A stretch of DNA of 64,000 bases from an uncultured Planctomycetota bacterium (lineage in GTDB: Bacteria; Planctomycetota; Planctomycetia; Isosphaerales; Isosphaeraceae): positions 1,632,001-1,696,000 of the forward strand of contig CAVTTN010000002.1 in the NCBI GenBank assembly GCA_963737655.1, in the 5' to 3' direction. The number at the start of each line of letters is the position of its first letter. Positions within the stretch are counted from its first letter, which is position 1. Of the stretch, positions 19,739 to 30,576 are shown piece after piece. The notes beneath the pieces were generated by a model, which was not told the origin of the DNA, made no database searches, and saw nothing but the letters and a program-made list of their open reading frames with translations. The translations under genes were made by a program, and so were the position numbers.

Positions 19739-22309
19739 ATGCCTAGCCTCGACCGCGTTGCCTCCGGCCTCCTTGGGATCGCTTTCCTCGCGATGGGGCC
19801 CGCCCTGATGGCGGCCGATGAGCCGAATCCTTCGCCTCGCGAGGAGGTCGTCTGGCCCGGGATGACCCGCGCCGGGTCCGTGCTTTTGCCCAACGGCTGG
19901 TCGCTCAAGCCGGCCGGGCGGCAGAGCCCCCTGGGAGATTTCCCCGTCCTCTTGGCCGAGAACCCGAAGGAGCCGGTCCTGGCCGTCCTCCACGCCGGAT
20001 ATGGCGAGCATGAAGTGGTCACCCTCGATGCGAAGACCGCGAAGATCCTCGGCCGGGTGGCCCTTCCTTACAGCTTCTCCGGGCTCGCCTGGTCGGCCGA
20101 CGGCCGACGGCTGTTCGTCGGCGGGGGGTTCGATGACTTGATCTACGGGTTCGACCACAAGGACGGCCTTCTTTCGAACAAGGTCACCTTCGAATACCCC
20201 GACCGCAAGCAGTTCCTCGCCGACCCCCCGCCGGGCTTCGGCCGAGGCGCGAAGAAGACCCAGAGATGCCCGAGCGGCCTGGCCGTCTCCGACGACGGCA
20301 AGACCCTGTGGGTCGCCAACGCCTTCGGCCACTCGCTCGCCCGGTTCGACGTCGAGGCCCGCAAGCTCGTCCGCGAGATCAAGCTCGAAGACGACTCGTT
20401 CCCCTTCGCCCTCGCACTCGACCCGTCGCGGAATCGGCTCTATGTGAGCCTCTGGGGCGCGGCGAAGGTCGCGATCGTGAGCACCGACGGGGACGAGCCG
20501 AAGGTCACCGGGCATGTCGCCACCGAGGAGCACCCGAACGAGATGCTCCTGGCCCGCAAGGGGTCCGTCCTGTTCGTCGCCAACGCCAATCGGAACACCG
20601 TCAGCGTGATCGACGTCGAGAAGGGCCGGGCCGTCGAGACCATCAACACCGCCATCGACCCGAAGGCCCCGGCCGGCAGCACGCCGAGCTCCCTGGCGCT
20701 CTCGCCCGACGAATCCCTCCTGTTCGTGGCCAACGCCAACACCAACGACGTGGCCGCGTTCAACGTGAAGGAGCTCGGCGAGAGCACCCCGCTCGGGTTC
20801 CTCCCCGTGGGCTGGTATCCGACGTCGGTCCGCGTCGGCCGGGACGGCAAGACGCTGTGGGTCACCAACGCCAAGGGATCGACCTCCAAGGCCAACCGCG
20901 ACGGCCCCCGGCCCGGCACGCCCGGAGGCTCCGACAGCCGGCTCCGCCAGTACATCGCCGGGCTGTTCCAGGGGACGCTCTCGACGATCCCCATGCCGAC
21001 CCCCCGGCAGATGGCCGAGTTCTCCAGGACCGTGTATGAATGCAGCCCCCTGAAGAAGGGCGACCCCCAGGGCGTGACCGGGCCCGCCCCCGCCGAGGCC
21101 GACAACCCCATCCCCCGCAAGGCCGGCGACCCCTCGCCCATCACCCATTGCGTCTACATCATCAAGGAGAACCGGACCTACGACCAGGTCTTCGGCGACA
21201 TCTCCGAAGGCAACGGCGAGCCCTCGCTCTGCCTGTTCCCCGAGAAAATCACGCCGAATCATCACGCCCTGGCCAGGGAGTTCGTCCTCCTCGACAACTT
21301 CTACGTCGACGCGGAGGTCTCGGCCGACGGCCACGAGTGGTCGATGGGCGCCTATGCCACGGACTTCGTCGAGAGGACCTGGCCCCTGGGCTATCGCGGG
21401 GACCGCCGCGTCCCGTACACGGCCGAGGGCGTGTTCGCGATCGCCAGGCCCGCCGGAGGCTACCTCTGGGACCGCGCCGCCGCGAAGAACGTGACCTATC
21501 GCAGCTACGGCGAGTTCGTCGACAACGGCGCCACCCCGAACGACCCGTCCACCACGAAGGTCGAGGCCCTGAAAGGCCACTTCGACCCGAAATTCCGCGG
21601 CTATGACCTGAACGTGCCCGACCAGAAGAGGGCCGACCGCTTCCTCGAAGAGCTCGCCGAGTTCGAGAAGGCCGGCGAGATGCCCCGGCTGATCATCCTG
21701 AGGCTCCCCAACGACCACACCGCCGGCACCCGCCCCGGGGCGCCGACGGTCCCGGCGATGGTCGCCGACAACGACCTGGCGCTAGGCCGGGTCGTCGAGG
21801 GCCTGTCGAAGAGCAAGTTCTGGCCGAAGCTGGCGATCTTCGTCGTCGAGGACGACGCCCAGAACGGCTCGGACCACGTGGACGCCCACCGCACGGTCGC
21901 CCTGGCGATCAGCCCCTATATCAAGCGAAAATCGGTCGATTCGACGATGTACTCCACCTCGGCGATGCTCCGAACGATCGAGCTGATCCTCGGCCTCGAC
22001 CCGATGAGCCAGTTCGACGCCGCCGCCCGGCCGATGGCCCCGGCCTTCACCGCCAAACCCGACCCGACCGCCTTCCAGGTCCGCCCTCCGGGGATCGACA
22101 TCCGCGAGAAGAACCAATCCAACGCCTACGGCGCCGAGGCGTCGCTCAAGCTCGACCTGGACGAGGCCGAGGACCGCGCCGACGACCTCGTGTTCAACGA
22201 GATCATCTGGAAGGCGGTCAAGGGCAAGAACTCGCCGCTGCCCCCGCCGGTCCGCGCGGCGTTCGTGATGCCCCGGGCGAAGCCGGAGAAGGACAAGGAC
22301 GGGGATTGA
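19739..22309 (+). CDS. Secreted YncE/YVTN beta-propeller fused to a phosphoesterase/alkaline-phosphatase-like domain
   Basis: LFVANANRNTVSVID propeller repeats; YIIKENRTYDQVFGD, SADGHEW, LPNDHT, EDDAQNGSDHVDAHR. Confidence 0.88.
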   Translation: MPSLDRVASGLLGIAFLAMGPALMAADEPNPSPREEVVWPGMTRAGSVLLPNGWSLKPAGRQSPLGDFPVLLAENPKEPVLAVLHAGYGEHEVVTLDAKTAKILGRVALPYSFSGLAWSADGRRLFVGGGFDDLIYGFDHKDGLLSNKVTFEYPDRKQFLADPPPGFGRGAKKTQRCPSGLAVSDDGKTLWVANAFGHSLARFDVEARKLVREIKLEDDSFPFALALDPSRNRLYVSLWGAAKVAIVSTDGDEPKVTGHVATEEHPNEMLLARKGSVLFVANANRNTVSVIDVEKGRAVETINTAIDPKAPAGSTPSSLALSPDESLLFVANANTNDVAAFNVKELGESTPLGFLPVGWYPTSVRVGRDGKTLWVTNAKGSTSKANRDGPRPGTPGGSDSRLRQYIAGLFQGTLSTIPMPTPRQMAEFSRTVYECSPLKKGDPQGVTGPAPAEADNPIPRKAGDPSPITHCVYIIKENRTYDQVFGDISEGNGEPSLCLFPEKITPNHHALAREFVLLDNFYVDAEVSADGHEWSMGAYATDFVERTWPLGYRGDRRVPYTAEGVFAIARPAGGYLWDRAAAKNVTYRSYGEFVDNGATPNDPSTTKVEALKGHFDPKFRGYDLNVPDQKRADRFLEELAEFEKAGEMPRLIILRLPNDHTAGTRPGAPTVPAMVADNDLALGRVVEGLSKSKFWPKLAIFVVEDDAQNGSDHVDAHRTVALAISPYIKRKSVDSTMYSTSAMLRTIELILGLDPMSQFDAAARPMAPAFTAKPDPTAFQVRPPGIDIREKNQSNAYGAEASLKLDLDEAEDRADDLVFNEIIWKAVKGKNSPLPPPVRAAFVMPRAKPEKDKDGD

Positions 22310-22406
22310 GGGCCGTGGGCGACGAAGTCGGGGCCCTGGGAATCGGGGCCCCGACCGGGGTAGGATGGATCGGGGGGATCGTCGGGAATCCGGCAAAGGG
22401 TCAGGC

Positions 22407-22862
22407 ATGTCCACCGGCGGAGCGGCCATCCCCGAACATGCGGTGAGGACTCGGAATCGGGAGCTCCGCTATCTGTTCCATACGAAGCATCACGTCCCCG
22501 GGCGTCCCCGGGGCGAGGTGGCCCAGTGGCGGATCGAGGTGACCCGGGAGCAGGAATTCGGCGTCTTCGACCTCGCGGATGACAGGGATACGTTCGATCC
22601 CGAAGAGAATTTGTACGGTGTCGCCCTGGACGATGAGGGGGAGGTCCTCGAACTCGGAACCGATGGCCAGCAGGTCGCCTTCTTCCCGAACACCCGGCCC
22701 GAGCAACCCTGGCACGGCTATCCCCTGGCCCCCCTGAAGAGGGTCGAGCCGCCTCATCCTCCGAAGCGGGAAGTGCCCAGGGAAGTGCTCCGGCGGATGG
22801 TCGAAGTGGGGATGCTGGACGAGGCGCAGAGGAAGCGGCTGATGAAGGGGAAACAAGCGTGA
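22407..22862 (+). CDS. Hypothetical protein with KHH...WHGYP motifs
   Basis: Clean ORF; stop overlaps the start of the next gene. Confidence 0.6.
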   Translation: MSTGGAAIPEHAVRTRNRELRYLFHTKHHVPGRPRGEVAQWRIEVTREQEFGVFDLADDRDTFDPEENLYGVALDDEGEVLELGTDGQQVAFFPNTRPEQPWHGYPLAPLKRVEPPHPPKREVPREVLRRMVEVGMLDEAQRKRLMKGKQA

Positions 22863-23974
22863 ACGATTTTTTAGAAACCTTAGATCAGCAAATCCTGGGA
22901 GACTCTATTTCCTGGATCGGCCCCTGTCCCTGGACCGGCGGCCATTGCCTGGGCACGGAGGGCGGCAGGATCGCCATGCCGTCGGGCGAATCGGGCCCAC
23001 TCGAAGAGATCACTCGCTGGGAGGTTGCCGATGAGGCGATCAACGCCGTGGCATTTGCCGGGGATTGGCTGGCGGCGAGCACGCGGACCGAGATCGCAAT
23101 CGCCCCCAGGGGCTGTTTCTTCGGAGAGGGAACGGCAAAGGTCCGCCGATTCCCGGGCGGCGCTCATGGCGTCGTCTCGACATCCTCCGGGCGATTCCTG
23201 GCTCCTCTCGGTCCCGATGGCCTCCTGGAGATCGAGCTTGGTGGTCCCGAACCGAAATTCCACGACGGGAAGTTCGATGGCCTCCCCAGGAATCTCTACA
23301 AAATCGTTCGCCTGGGGACGGGCGAGGCCGGCGAGGTCTTCGGCTGCGTGGCCCGGAGGGACGGGCTCCTCGTGATGACCCACTCTCCGAGCGGCATCGC
23401 GGGACCGGTGCTCGCCTTGCCCTCGAACGACCTCGACCTGATCGACATTTGTCCTCTGGGCCCGATGGGGGACGCCCTGGCCTGGGCGGCGCTCGCCTCG
23501 GATCGCACGCTCCTCCTGGGAACCGATCTCCCGGGAATGATTCGCCAATCGGTACGGTTCGATGGGATGGTCGGGCGAGCCTACACCCTGCTCGCCGCCG
23601 AGGACCACCTCTTCTTGTTGACGAGTCGGGCCCTATATGTTCTACCCCACGTCATTTCACCATTCCTCGCCGGAGAGTCTCTGGGCCGTGTGACCCGATT
23701 CTTCGAAGTCCCGATTCGATCCAGTGACGCCTATTTGTTGGAGGATCGGATTGCAGTCGATTTTGAGGGCCGCATCATTTCTTGGTCGATTAGGGATCTT
23801 ATCCGATTCGGAATGCGGGAATCATCCAGCACGAATCTTCCGCTCCGTTGGCCCGACGGAGAGGTCGAATCCTGGGCCGTTCACCCGATGACCGTCGAGC
23901 CCGCTTCGAACGGCCTGTTGTCGGGAGGGGTTGAGTCTCAATTTTGTCGGGAGCGGTTGAGTCTCATTATCTGA
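22859..23974 (+). CDS. Hypothetical protein, possibly beta-propeller-like
   Basis: 371-aa ORF with visibly lower GC; AINAVAF and GGAHGVV beta-strand patterns. Confidence 0.55.
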   Translation: MNDFLETLDQQILGDSISWIGPCPWTGGHCLGTEGGRIAMPSGESGPLEEITRWEVADEAINAVAFAGDWLAASTRTEIAIAPRGCFFGEGTAKVRRFPGGAHGVVSTSSGRFLAPLGPDGLLEIELGGPEPKFHDGKFDGLPRNLYKIVRLGTGEAGEVFGCVARRDGLLVMTHSPSGIAGPVLALPSNDLDLIDICPLGPMGDALAWAALASDRTLLLGTDLPGMIRQSVRFDGMVGRAYTLLAAEDHLFLLTSRALYVLPHVISPFLAGESLGRVTRFFEVPIRSSDAYLLEDRIAVDFEGRIISWSIRDLIRFGMRESSSTNLPLRWPDGEVESWAVHPMTVEPASNGLLSGGVESQFCRERLSLII

Positions 23975-24026
23975 TCCCGACTTCCTCCGCATGAATCAAA
24001 CCTCTCCCTTGGATTTACGCCGATCC

Positions 24027-24437
24027 ATGCCGAATCCCGGCCCCTCCGCCGTCCTCCTGATCGCCCACGGCAGCCGCCATGCCCCGGCGAATGCGGATTT
24101 GCATGAACTGGTGGGACGGATCGCCGCCCGGGGGGATTATCCGATCGTCGAGCCGGCGTTTTTGGAGCTGGCCTCGCCGGATATTCCCTCGGGGGGCGAT
24201 CGGTGCGTCGAGCGGGGGGCGGTTCGTGTGCTGATGGTCCCGTACTTCCTCTCCGAGGGGGTCCATCTGACCCGCGACCTGATCGCGGCCCGCGATGCGC
24301 TCCGCCGGAGGCATCCGGGGGTCGATTTCGTCCTCGGTCCCCCTCTGGGGCCGGACCCGTTGCTGGATCGGCTGGTCGTCGAGCGGATCGCCCGGACCGA
24401 GGCACTCGGCGTTGACAGGATCGGCCCGGGGGGCTAG
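24027..24437 (+). CDS. CbiX/SirB-family chelatase
   Basis: LLIAHGSR, AFLELASP, PYFLSEGVHLTRD, GPPLGPDP. Confidence 0.9.
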   Translation: MPNPGPSAVLLIAHGSRHAPANADLHELVGRIAARGDYPIVEPAFLELASPDIPSGGDRCVERGAVRVLMVPYFLSEGVHLTRDLIAARDALRRRHPGVDFVLGPPLGPDPLLDRLVVERIARTEALGVDRIGPGG

Positions 24438-24516
24438 CGTGCGGCGTCCGGTCGATCGCGCCTCCCCAGGACGGGGATTCCGCCCTCCGATCGCGGCCTC
24501 AATGGAGTGATGGCCC

Positions 24517-25702
24517 GTGAGCAGCTCATTCGATGGCGAACGCGAACCGATCGCCGTTCCGGCATTGGACCTCAAGGCGCAGTACCGGACGATCCGCGAG
24601 GAGATCGAGCCGGTGGTCCGGGCCGTCCTGGAGAGCCAGTACTTCGTCCTCGGCCCGAGGTCTCCGGCTTCGAGGCCGAGGCCGCGGCGTTCTGCGAGGC
24701 CGGGCACGCGATCGGCTGCGCCTCGGGGTCCGATGCCCTGCTTCTCCCCTTGATGGCCTGGGGCTCGGCCCGGATGACGAGGTCATCACCTCGCCGTACT
24801 CCTTCTTCGCCACCGCCGGGGCGATCTGGAGGACCGGGGCCCGCCCCGTGTTCGTCGATATCGACCCGGTCACCTACAACATCGACCCGGCGAAGGTCGA
24901 GGCCGCGATCACCCCTCGGACCCGCGCGATCATCCCGGTCCACCTCTACGGCCAGTCCGCCGAGATGGGGCCGATCGTCGAGATCGCCGCCCGTCACGGC
25001 CTGAAGGTCCTGGAGGACGCCGCGCAGGCGATCGGCGCCCGGGACGGCGGCCGGGCCGTGGGGACGATCGGCGAGGCCGGCGCCTTCAGCTTCTACCCGT
25101 CGAAGAACCTCGGCGGGTTCGGCGACGCCGGGATGGTCACGACGGATGACCCCGACCTGGCCAGGAGGGTCGCCCGGCTCCGCGTCCACGGGATGGAGCC
25201 GAAGTACCACCATCACGAGGTCGGCTTCAACTCCCGGCTGGACGCCCTCCAGGCGGCCATCCTGCGGGTCAAGCTCCGCCACCTGCCGGGCTGGACCGAG
25301 GGCCGGCGGCTCGTGGCCTCGCGATACGCCGAGCTCTTCGCCGAGAGCGGCCTGGGCGACTCCGTGACGCTCCCCTCCGAGGCCGAGGGGAAGTATCACG
25401 TGTTCAACCAGTACGTGATCCGCGTGAAGCCCGAGGCCCGGGACGCGATCCGGGCCCACCTGGCCTCGCGGAAGGTCGGGACCGAGATCTACTACCCGAT
25501 CCCCCTCCACTTGCAGGAGTGCTTCGCGAGCCTCGGCCACCGGCCGGGCGACTTCCCCGAGGCCGAGGCCGCCGCGAACGGGACGATCGCCCTGCCGATG
25601 TATCCCGAGCTCGCCGACCCGGCCCTCTCGCACGTCGTCGCGTCGATCGGCGAGGCGGTCGAGGACCTCAGGCGGAAGGGCCGGGCGGGCCGGGCCGCCT
25701 GA
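24517..25702 (+). CDS. DegT/DnrJ/EryC1/StrS aminotransferase (frameshifts near 24660 and 24760)
   Basis: [11 protein letters not shown]-terminus; [44 protein letters not shown]. Confidence 0.9.
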
Positions 25703-25720
25703 CCCCGGCGGTTTGGCCGC

Positions 25721-25936
25721 TCACGCCTCGACGACGGCCTCGGCCGCCACCACGTGGCGGCCCTTGAGCAGGCGCTCGGGCCTCTGGATCGAGAAGTTCC
25801 TCGGGGGGTCGTCGAACGCCAGGTTCACCCGGCCCGGCGACTCCCCGCAGATGTCGTACACGCGGAGCCTCAGGACGTCGCCCGAGCGATGGAGCACCTC
25901 GATCCACTGACCCTCTTTCCGACGAAGAACCAGCAT
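25721..25936 (-). CDS. CsrA-like (carbon storage regulator) protein
   Basis: MLVLRRKEGQWI...VNLAFDDP...IQRPE resembles the CsrA pattern MLxLxRK...AP..I.R.E. Confidence 0.65.
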   Translation of the reverse strand: MLVLRRKEGQWIEVLHRSGDVLRLRVYDICGESPGRVNLAFDDPPRNFSIQRPERLLKGRHVVAAEAVVEA

Positions 25937-26008
25937 GCGCGAGATTCCTTGATTTGAGATCGGCGAAAGATTCTGGGGGAAAAATGCCGTTGTCGTCCGC
26001 CCCGGGGC

Positions 26009-26622
26009 CTACAGGGCCGCGCCGTCGCCGCCTCGGATGGCGGCGTCCCACGAGCCGTTGAGGATGGACATGGCCTCGCGGTGCATGAAGCTGAGCCGGG
26101 ACTGGGACAGGCCCAGGGCCCTCGCGGCCTCGTGCTGGGTCTTGCCCCGAAGGTAGATCTCCCGGCAGGCGGCGGCGTGGCGAGGCGGAAGCTTGCGGAG
26201 CCAGCCCTCGACCTCGTCGATCGCCTCCAGGTCGCGGCCGACCGGCGGGTCGCCGGCCACGCAGATGACCATCCCCTGCTTCTCGATGTCGCGGGTCAGG
26301 ACGCTGAGGACCGGCGCCCCTGGGCGTCGCACCGCCAGCCCAGGGGCAACAGCCCTCGCTGGACGTCCCGCAGCGCCCCCCAGATCCGGTGGCGGGCGAA
26401 GGTCGCGAACTTGACGTTCCGACCCGGGTCGAACGACCCGGCGGCCTCGATCAGCGCGAGGTTGGCGGCGCTCTCGAACTCGTCCCGCGACCCGGGCCAG
26501 CTCATCTTGAACGGCCGGGCGAGCGATCGGGCCAGGGGCAGATAGCGGACCGCCAGGTCTTGCTGCTCGGCCGTGAGCGGGGCGCGGCGCCTCCGGGCCG
26601 AGGCCGACGTCTCGGTGTTCAT
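26009..26622 (-). CDS. Sigma-70 family factor with regions 2 and 4 only (frameshift near 26335)
   Basis: LALIEAAGSFDPGRNVKFATFARHRIWGAL (region 2); LPPRH..IYLRGKTQHEAARALGLSQSRLS (region 4). Confidence 0.82.
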
Positions 26623-26677
26623 CGCAGTCTCCCGAATTGAAGGGGCGAGATGGGCGGTCGGTGGGGTTCGGGAGACG

Positions 26678-27052
26678 TCACGAATGGAGGGTGGCGAGGA
26701 GGGCGAGGGCCTCGATCCGGTTGGCCCGGAGCAGCGCCAGGACCCGCGATTGCCGGGCCCGGACCCGATCGTGATAGGCGCGGGCCAGGTGGGCCGGGCT
26801 GGCCGGGTCGGCCAGGAATTCCCGGGCCAGGGCGAGCCGGGCCCTCAGGCCGCGGAGCTCCCCCAGGTACCGGTCGTTCGAGCGGATCAGGCGGGCCAGG
26901 CGGGCGAGGTCGGTCTCGGGCTCACCGTCGGGGCCCGGCGTCGGGTCGGCCGGGGCCGGGGCCGGGGCGCCGATCGGGGCCTTCGGAGGGGCGGGGGGGA
27001 GAGGGGTCCAGGGCTGGTTCAACGCGGAGTCATATCCAATGGTCGACATCAT
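26678..27052 (-). CDS. Hypothetical protein
   Basis: GGAG RBS; coding-like ORF co-oriented with the sigma and CsrA-like genes. Confidence 0.5.
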   Translation of the reverse strand: MMSTIGYDSALNQPWTPLPPAPPKAPIGAPAPAPADPTPGPDGEPETDLARLARLIRSNDRYLGELRGLRARLALAREFLADPASPAHLARAYHDRVRARQSRVLALLRANRIEALALLATLHS

Positions 27053-27338
27053 GCAGGTAACTCCCTTCTTCGGGGCCTCGGCTGCAACATCGCAGCCGCC
27101 GGGACGCGGCATTGCGCCCCTCGGGAGGGAAGCCCGGGCCACCTGCCCGCTTGCTCGCCCCCCTGTATGCAGTATACATCCTGAATGCGGGATGTCAAAA
27201 CGGGATTCTGAAAATTAAAGCGGTTTTGCTCCGGGACAGTTCGGCCTGATCTGACATGCTACCAGTTTGCGTTCCCGGGATTGGCGGGACGGGATACAAT
27301 CCCTGGGTGTCGTCGCGACGGCGGGAAAGGCGGGCGGA

Positions 27339-28457
27339 ATGGCGGAGAGCGGCCGGGAGCTTGAGGACCGCCGGGCGGAGGCGATCCGTCGCGACCTGAT
27401 CGCCTGGTATGACCGGGGGCATCGCGACCTGCCCTGGAGGCGCGACGGCGACCCCTACCGGATCCTCGTCTCCGAGACCATGCTCGTGCAGACGACGGTG
27501 GCGGCGGTCGTCCCGTTCTTCGCGAGGTTCCTGGAGCGGTTCCCCACCGTCGAAGCCCTGGCCCGGGCCGACGAGGCCGACGTCCTGAAGGCGTGGGAGG
27601 GCCTGGGGTATTACCGCCGGGCCCGCCAGCTCCACTCGGCGGCCAAGGCGATCGTGAACGACCATCGCGGGCGCGTCCCCGACGACCCGGAGGCCCTTCG
27701 GAGCCTGCCCGGGGTCGGCCGGTACATCGCCGGGGCGGTCCTCTCGTTCGCCTTCGACCGCCCCGCCCCGATCGTCGAGGCCAATACCCAGCGGGTCCTG
27801 GCCCGGCTCCTGGCGATCGAGGACGATATCGCCCGATCTTCTTCCCAGAAAACGCTTTGGGACGCGGCGGAACGGCTCGTCTCGGGCCCGAGGCCCGGCG
27901 ATTTCAACCAGGCGATCATGGAGCTCGGGGCCACGGTCTGCACCCCGAAAGAGCCGATGTGCCTGATCTGCCCGGTGGCCTCGGCCTGCCGAGGGCGGGC
28001 CCTGGGGATTCAGGACCGAATCCCGGCGAAGGCGGCGAGGGCCTCTCCGCTCGAAGTCGTCGAGGCGTGTGCCCTGGTCGCCCGGGAGGGGCGATGGCTG
28101 GTCGTCCGCCGAGGGGCCGGGCGGCTCTGGGAGGGGTTCTGGGAGTTCCCCACGGTCCACGTCTCGGGCGCCGACCCGGCGGGGAGGTCTCCGGGCGAGG
28201 CCGAGGGCCTGGCCCAGGGAGTCCGACGGCTCACCGGGGTCGTCGCGGAGGTCGCCTCGGCGGTCAAGACCCTCCGGTTCGGCGTGACCAGGCACCGGGT
28301 CGAGCTCACGGCCCACCTCGCCGCCGACCGCGGCGGCGACCCCATCCCGTCTCCGGGATTCACGGCCGCGAGGTTCGCCTCGCCCGAGGACATCGCCGGC
28401 TTCTCGATGGGTTCGGCCGTGCGTAAGTTGGCCAACTTGGTCATCGAGCCTGTTTAG
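27339..28457 (+). CDS. mutY: A/G-specific adenine glycosylase
   Basis: RDLPWR, PYRILVSE.ML.QT, WEGLGYYRRAR, LPGVGRY, FNQAIMELGATVC.P..P.C..CPV...C Fe-S motif. Confidence 0.93.
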   Translation: MAESGRELEDRRAEAIRRDLIAWYDRGHRDLPWRRDGDPYRILVSETMLVQTTVAAVVPFFARFLERFPTVEALARADEADVLKAWEGLGYYRRARQLHSAAKAIVNDHRGRVPDDPEALRSLPGVGRYIAGAVLSFAFDRPAPIVEANTQRVLARLLAIEDDIARSSSQKTLWDAAERLVSGPRPGDFNQAIMELGATVCTPKEPMCLICPVASACRGRALGIQDRIPAKAARASPLEVVEACALVAREGRWLVVRRGAGRLWEGFWEFPTVHVSGADPAGRSPGEAEGLAQGVRRLTGVVAEVASAVKTLRFGVTRHRVELTAHLAADRGGDPIPSPGFTAARFASPEDIAGFSMGSAVRKLANLVIEPV

Positions 28458-28486
28458 GCGTTCCCTGATACGGGATTGTCCTACGA

Positions 28487-29671
28487 TTATTTCCTGGACG
28501 GGCGATACCAGACGACGTTGTGGGTCGAACCGCCGACGGCGACGACGTCGGGCGTGCCGTCGCCGTCGAGGTCCCCTCCTCGGAGGTCCTGGGCGGCGAT
28601 CTCGCGGTCGATCACGGCCTTCTTCCACGCCTCGCCGTCGAGCCGGTAGACGGAGACGCGATGGTCCTTGCCGCGGTGGCCGGCGAAGACCTCGTCGGTG
28701 CCGTCGCCGTCGATGTCGGCGACCCAGAGGGCGTGGCCGTCGTCGAGGGTGTCGTCGAGGAGGGTCCGGGGGCCGAAGTCCGGGGGACTCGTGTGCCCGC
28801 CTCCCTTGACGGGATAGACGGCGACCTGGTTGCCGTGCCAGGGTTCGACCGTGGCGAGGAAGCCCCAGCCGTCCCCCGTCTCCTTGCGACGGCCGAGGTG
28901 GACCTCGCTGGCCCCTCGCTTCGGCGCCGGGCCTTCGACGCCCGGCACCAGGGTCACGGCCTCCGGCCCCAGCCCGATCAGGCCCACGCCCAGATTGTCG
29001 GCCGTGAACAGGTAGCTGGGGCCATGACCGGCCCGGCCGTGGTGGACCTCGAAGGAGTGGAGGACCGGCCTGGTGCCGACGGGGGTGGCCTCCCATTTCT
29101 GAGTCCGGGGCGAGTCGGTCAGGAGGAACCGGAGGATCGTGGCCGGGGCCTGGTCGAACTTCGGCGGCGTGGCCTCGGGCCCGAAGATCGGGGCGACGGC
29201 GAGGAAGTCCGGCCGGGCGCCCGGGGAGGGGGCGCACCAGCGGACCCGGTGGATGCTGCCGACGTCGGCGATCGGCCGGGTGATCCAGGGGTCATCGACG
29301 TTCGCCCCTTGCCAGGCCAGGAGCAGCTTGCCCGTCCTCGGCCGGTTCATCTCGAATTCGTAGGCGATGGCGACCTCCGCCTTGCCGTCGCCGTCGAGGT
29401 CGGCCGAGGCGCTGGAGATGATCCCGGGCGTGCGCTTCGGGTCGGTGATGATCCTCTTCTTCCACGACGGGTTCTCGTACCAGGCGCAGGTGCCCCCGCC
29501 CACGGCGACGATGTCGGGCTTCCTGTCGCCGTTGACGTCGGCGACCTCGACCTGATAGGCGCCGGGGAAGTTGTCGTCGATCACGATCCGGTCGAACTTG
29601 GGGTCGGCGGCCGGGGATGCTCCGCAGAGGCCCAGAGACAGGCAGAGGATCGCGAGGACGAGCGGTTTCAT
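28487..29671 (-). CDS. Secreted FG-GAP/VCBS repeat protein
   Basis: Signal peptide; ADVNGDRKPDIV, ADLDGDGKAEV, ADIDGDGTDEV, GDLDGDGTPDVV; EPWHGNQV. Confidence 0.85.
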   Translation of the reverse strand: MKPLVLAILCLSLGLCGASPAADPKFDRIVIDDNFPGAYQVEVADVNGDRKPDIVAVGGGTCAWYENPSWKKRIITDPKRTPGIISSASADLDGDGKAEVAIAYEFEMNRPRTGKLLLAWQGANVDDPWITRPIADVGSIHRVRWCAPSPGARPDFLAVAPIFGPEATPPKFDQAPATILRFLLTDSPRTQKWEATPVGTRPVLHSFEVHHGRAGHGPSYLFTADNLGVGLIGLGPEAVTLVPGVEGPAPKRGASEVHLGRRKETGDGWGFLATVEPWHGNQVAVYPVKGGGHTSPPDFGPRTLLDDTLDDGHALWVADIDGDGTDEVFAGHRGKDHRVSVYRLDGEAWKKAVIDREIAAQDLRGGDLDGDGTPDVVAVGGSTHNVVWYRPSRK

Positions 29672-29697
29672 GGTCGGTCTCCGGGGCGGTCGGCGGT

Positions 29698-30576
29698 TCA
29701 TTCGGGTCCGCGATGCCCCCAGCCGGAGGGGGGGCCGGCGGTGTCCTCGGGCTTGACCCGGAGCTTGGAGAGGTCGATGTCCGGGGCGCCGTGGCCTTCG
29801 GATTCGAGGGCCTTGATCCGGTTCTCCAGCATCGTCACGCGCTGTTCGAGGAGGAGGATCCGGGCCTCGGCCTCGTCGGGCCGCCTGGGGCGGGGGACCT
29901 CGGGATAGTTGAGCTGCCTCTGGAGGGCCGAGAACAGGTAGGCGGGGTCTCGCCCCCGGTTGGCCCGGGCGATCTTGCCCTCTTTTTCGCCGAAGAGGGT
30001 GGGGAACTTGGGCTGATACTCGGGGTCGATCTCCCGCCTCTGGCGGACGAAGTAGGCCGAGCGGACATAGATCAAATCGGCGAAATCGACGTCGCCGAGC
30101 TTCGCCTGGAGCCGGAGGATGTAGTCGGTCCAGTCCTCGGGATAGAAGGGGTCGGCGGCCATCGCCTCCAGGCCGCGATTGTAGCCCAGGCGATTGCGGG
30201 AGAGGGCCTCGAACTGGTAGACGAACAGGCCGGCAAGGCTGGGGCCGTCGGCCCGGTATTTCGCCTCGCGTTCGAGGATCAGGAGGGCCTGCTCGAAGGC
30301 GAACCGGCCGACCTCTTCCTCGGCCCGGCTGACGACGAAGCTCTGGAACGGCGAGAAATAATGGCCCAGGCGGGTCATGGCCGGGCCCATCAGGCCGGAG
30401 GTCCGGCTCTCGGTCGAGAGGAAGGAGACGGCCAGAGGGAGGCGGGTGGTGGAGAGCAGCTCCTCGCCGATCCGGGCCAAGACTTCCTGCGCGGGCACGC
30501 CGTCGGCGACCCGCTCGCGGAAGGCGTGGAAGAAATACGCCTGCTCGATGTATTCCTCGCGATCAAGCACGGGCAT
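29698..30576 (-). CDS. Conserved-looking hypothetical protein
   Basis: 292-aa ORF with strong coding bias (LDREEYIEQAYFF, LFGEKEGKIARANRGRDP.YLFSALQRQL). Confidence 0.75.
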   Translation of the reverse strand: MPVLDREEYIEQAYFFHAFRERVADGVPAQEVLARIGEELLSTTRLPLAVSFLSTESRTSGLMGPAMTRLGHYFSPFQSFVVSRAEEEVGRFAFEQALLILEREAKYRADGPSLAGLFVYQFEALSRNRLGYNRGLEAMAADPFYPEDWTDYILRLQAKLGDVDFADLIYVRSAYFVRQRREIDPEYQPKFPTLFGEKEGKIARANRGRDPAYLFSALQRQLNYPEVPRPRRPDEAEARILLLEQRVTMLENRIKALESEGHGAPDIDLSKLRVKPEDTAGPPSGWGHRGPE

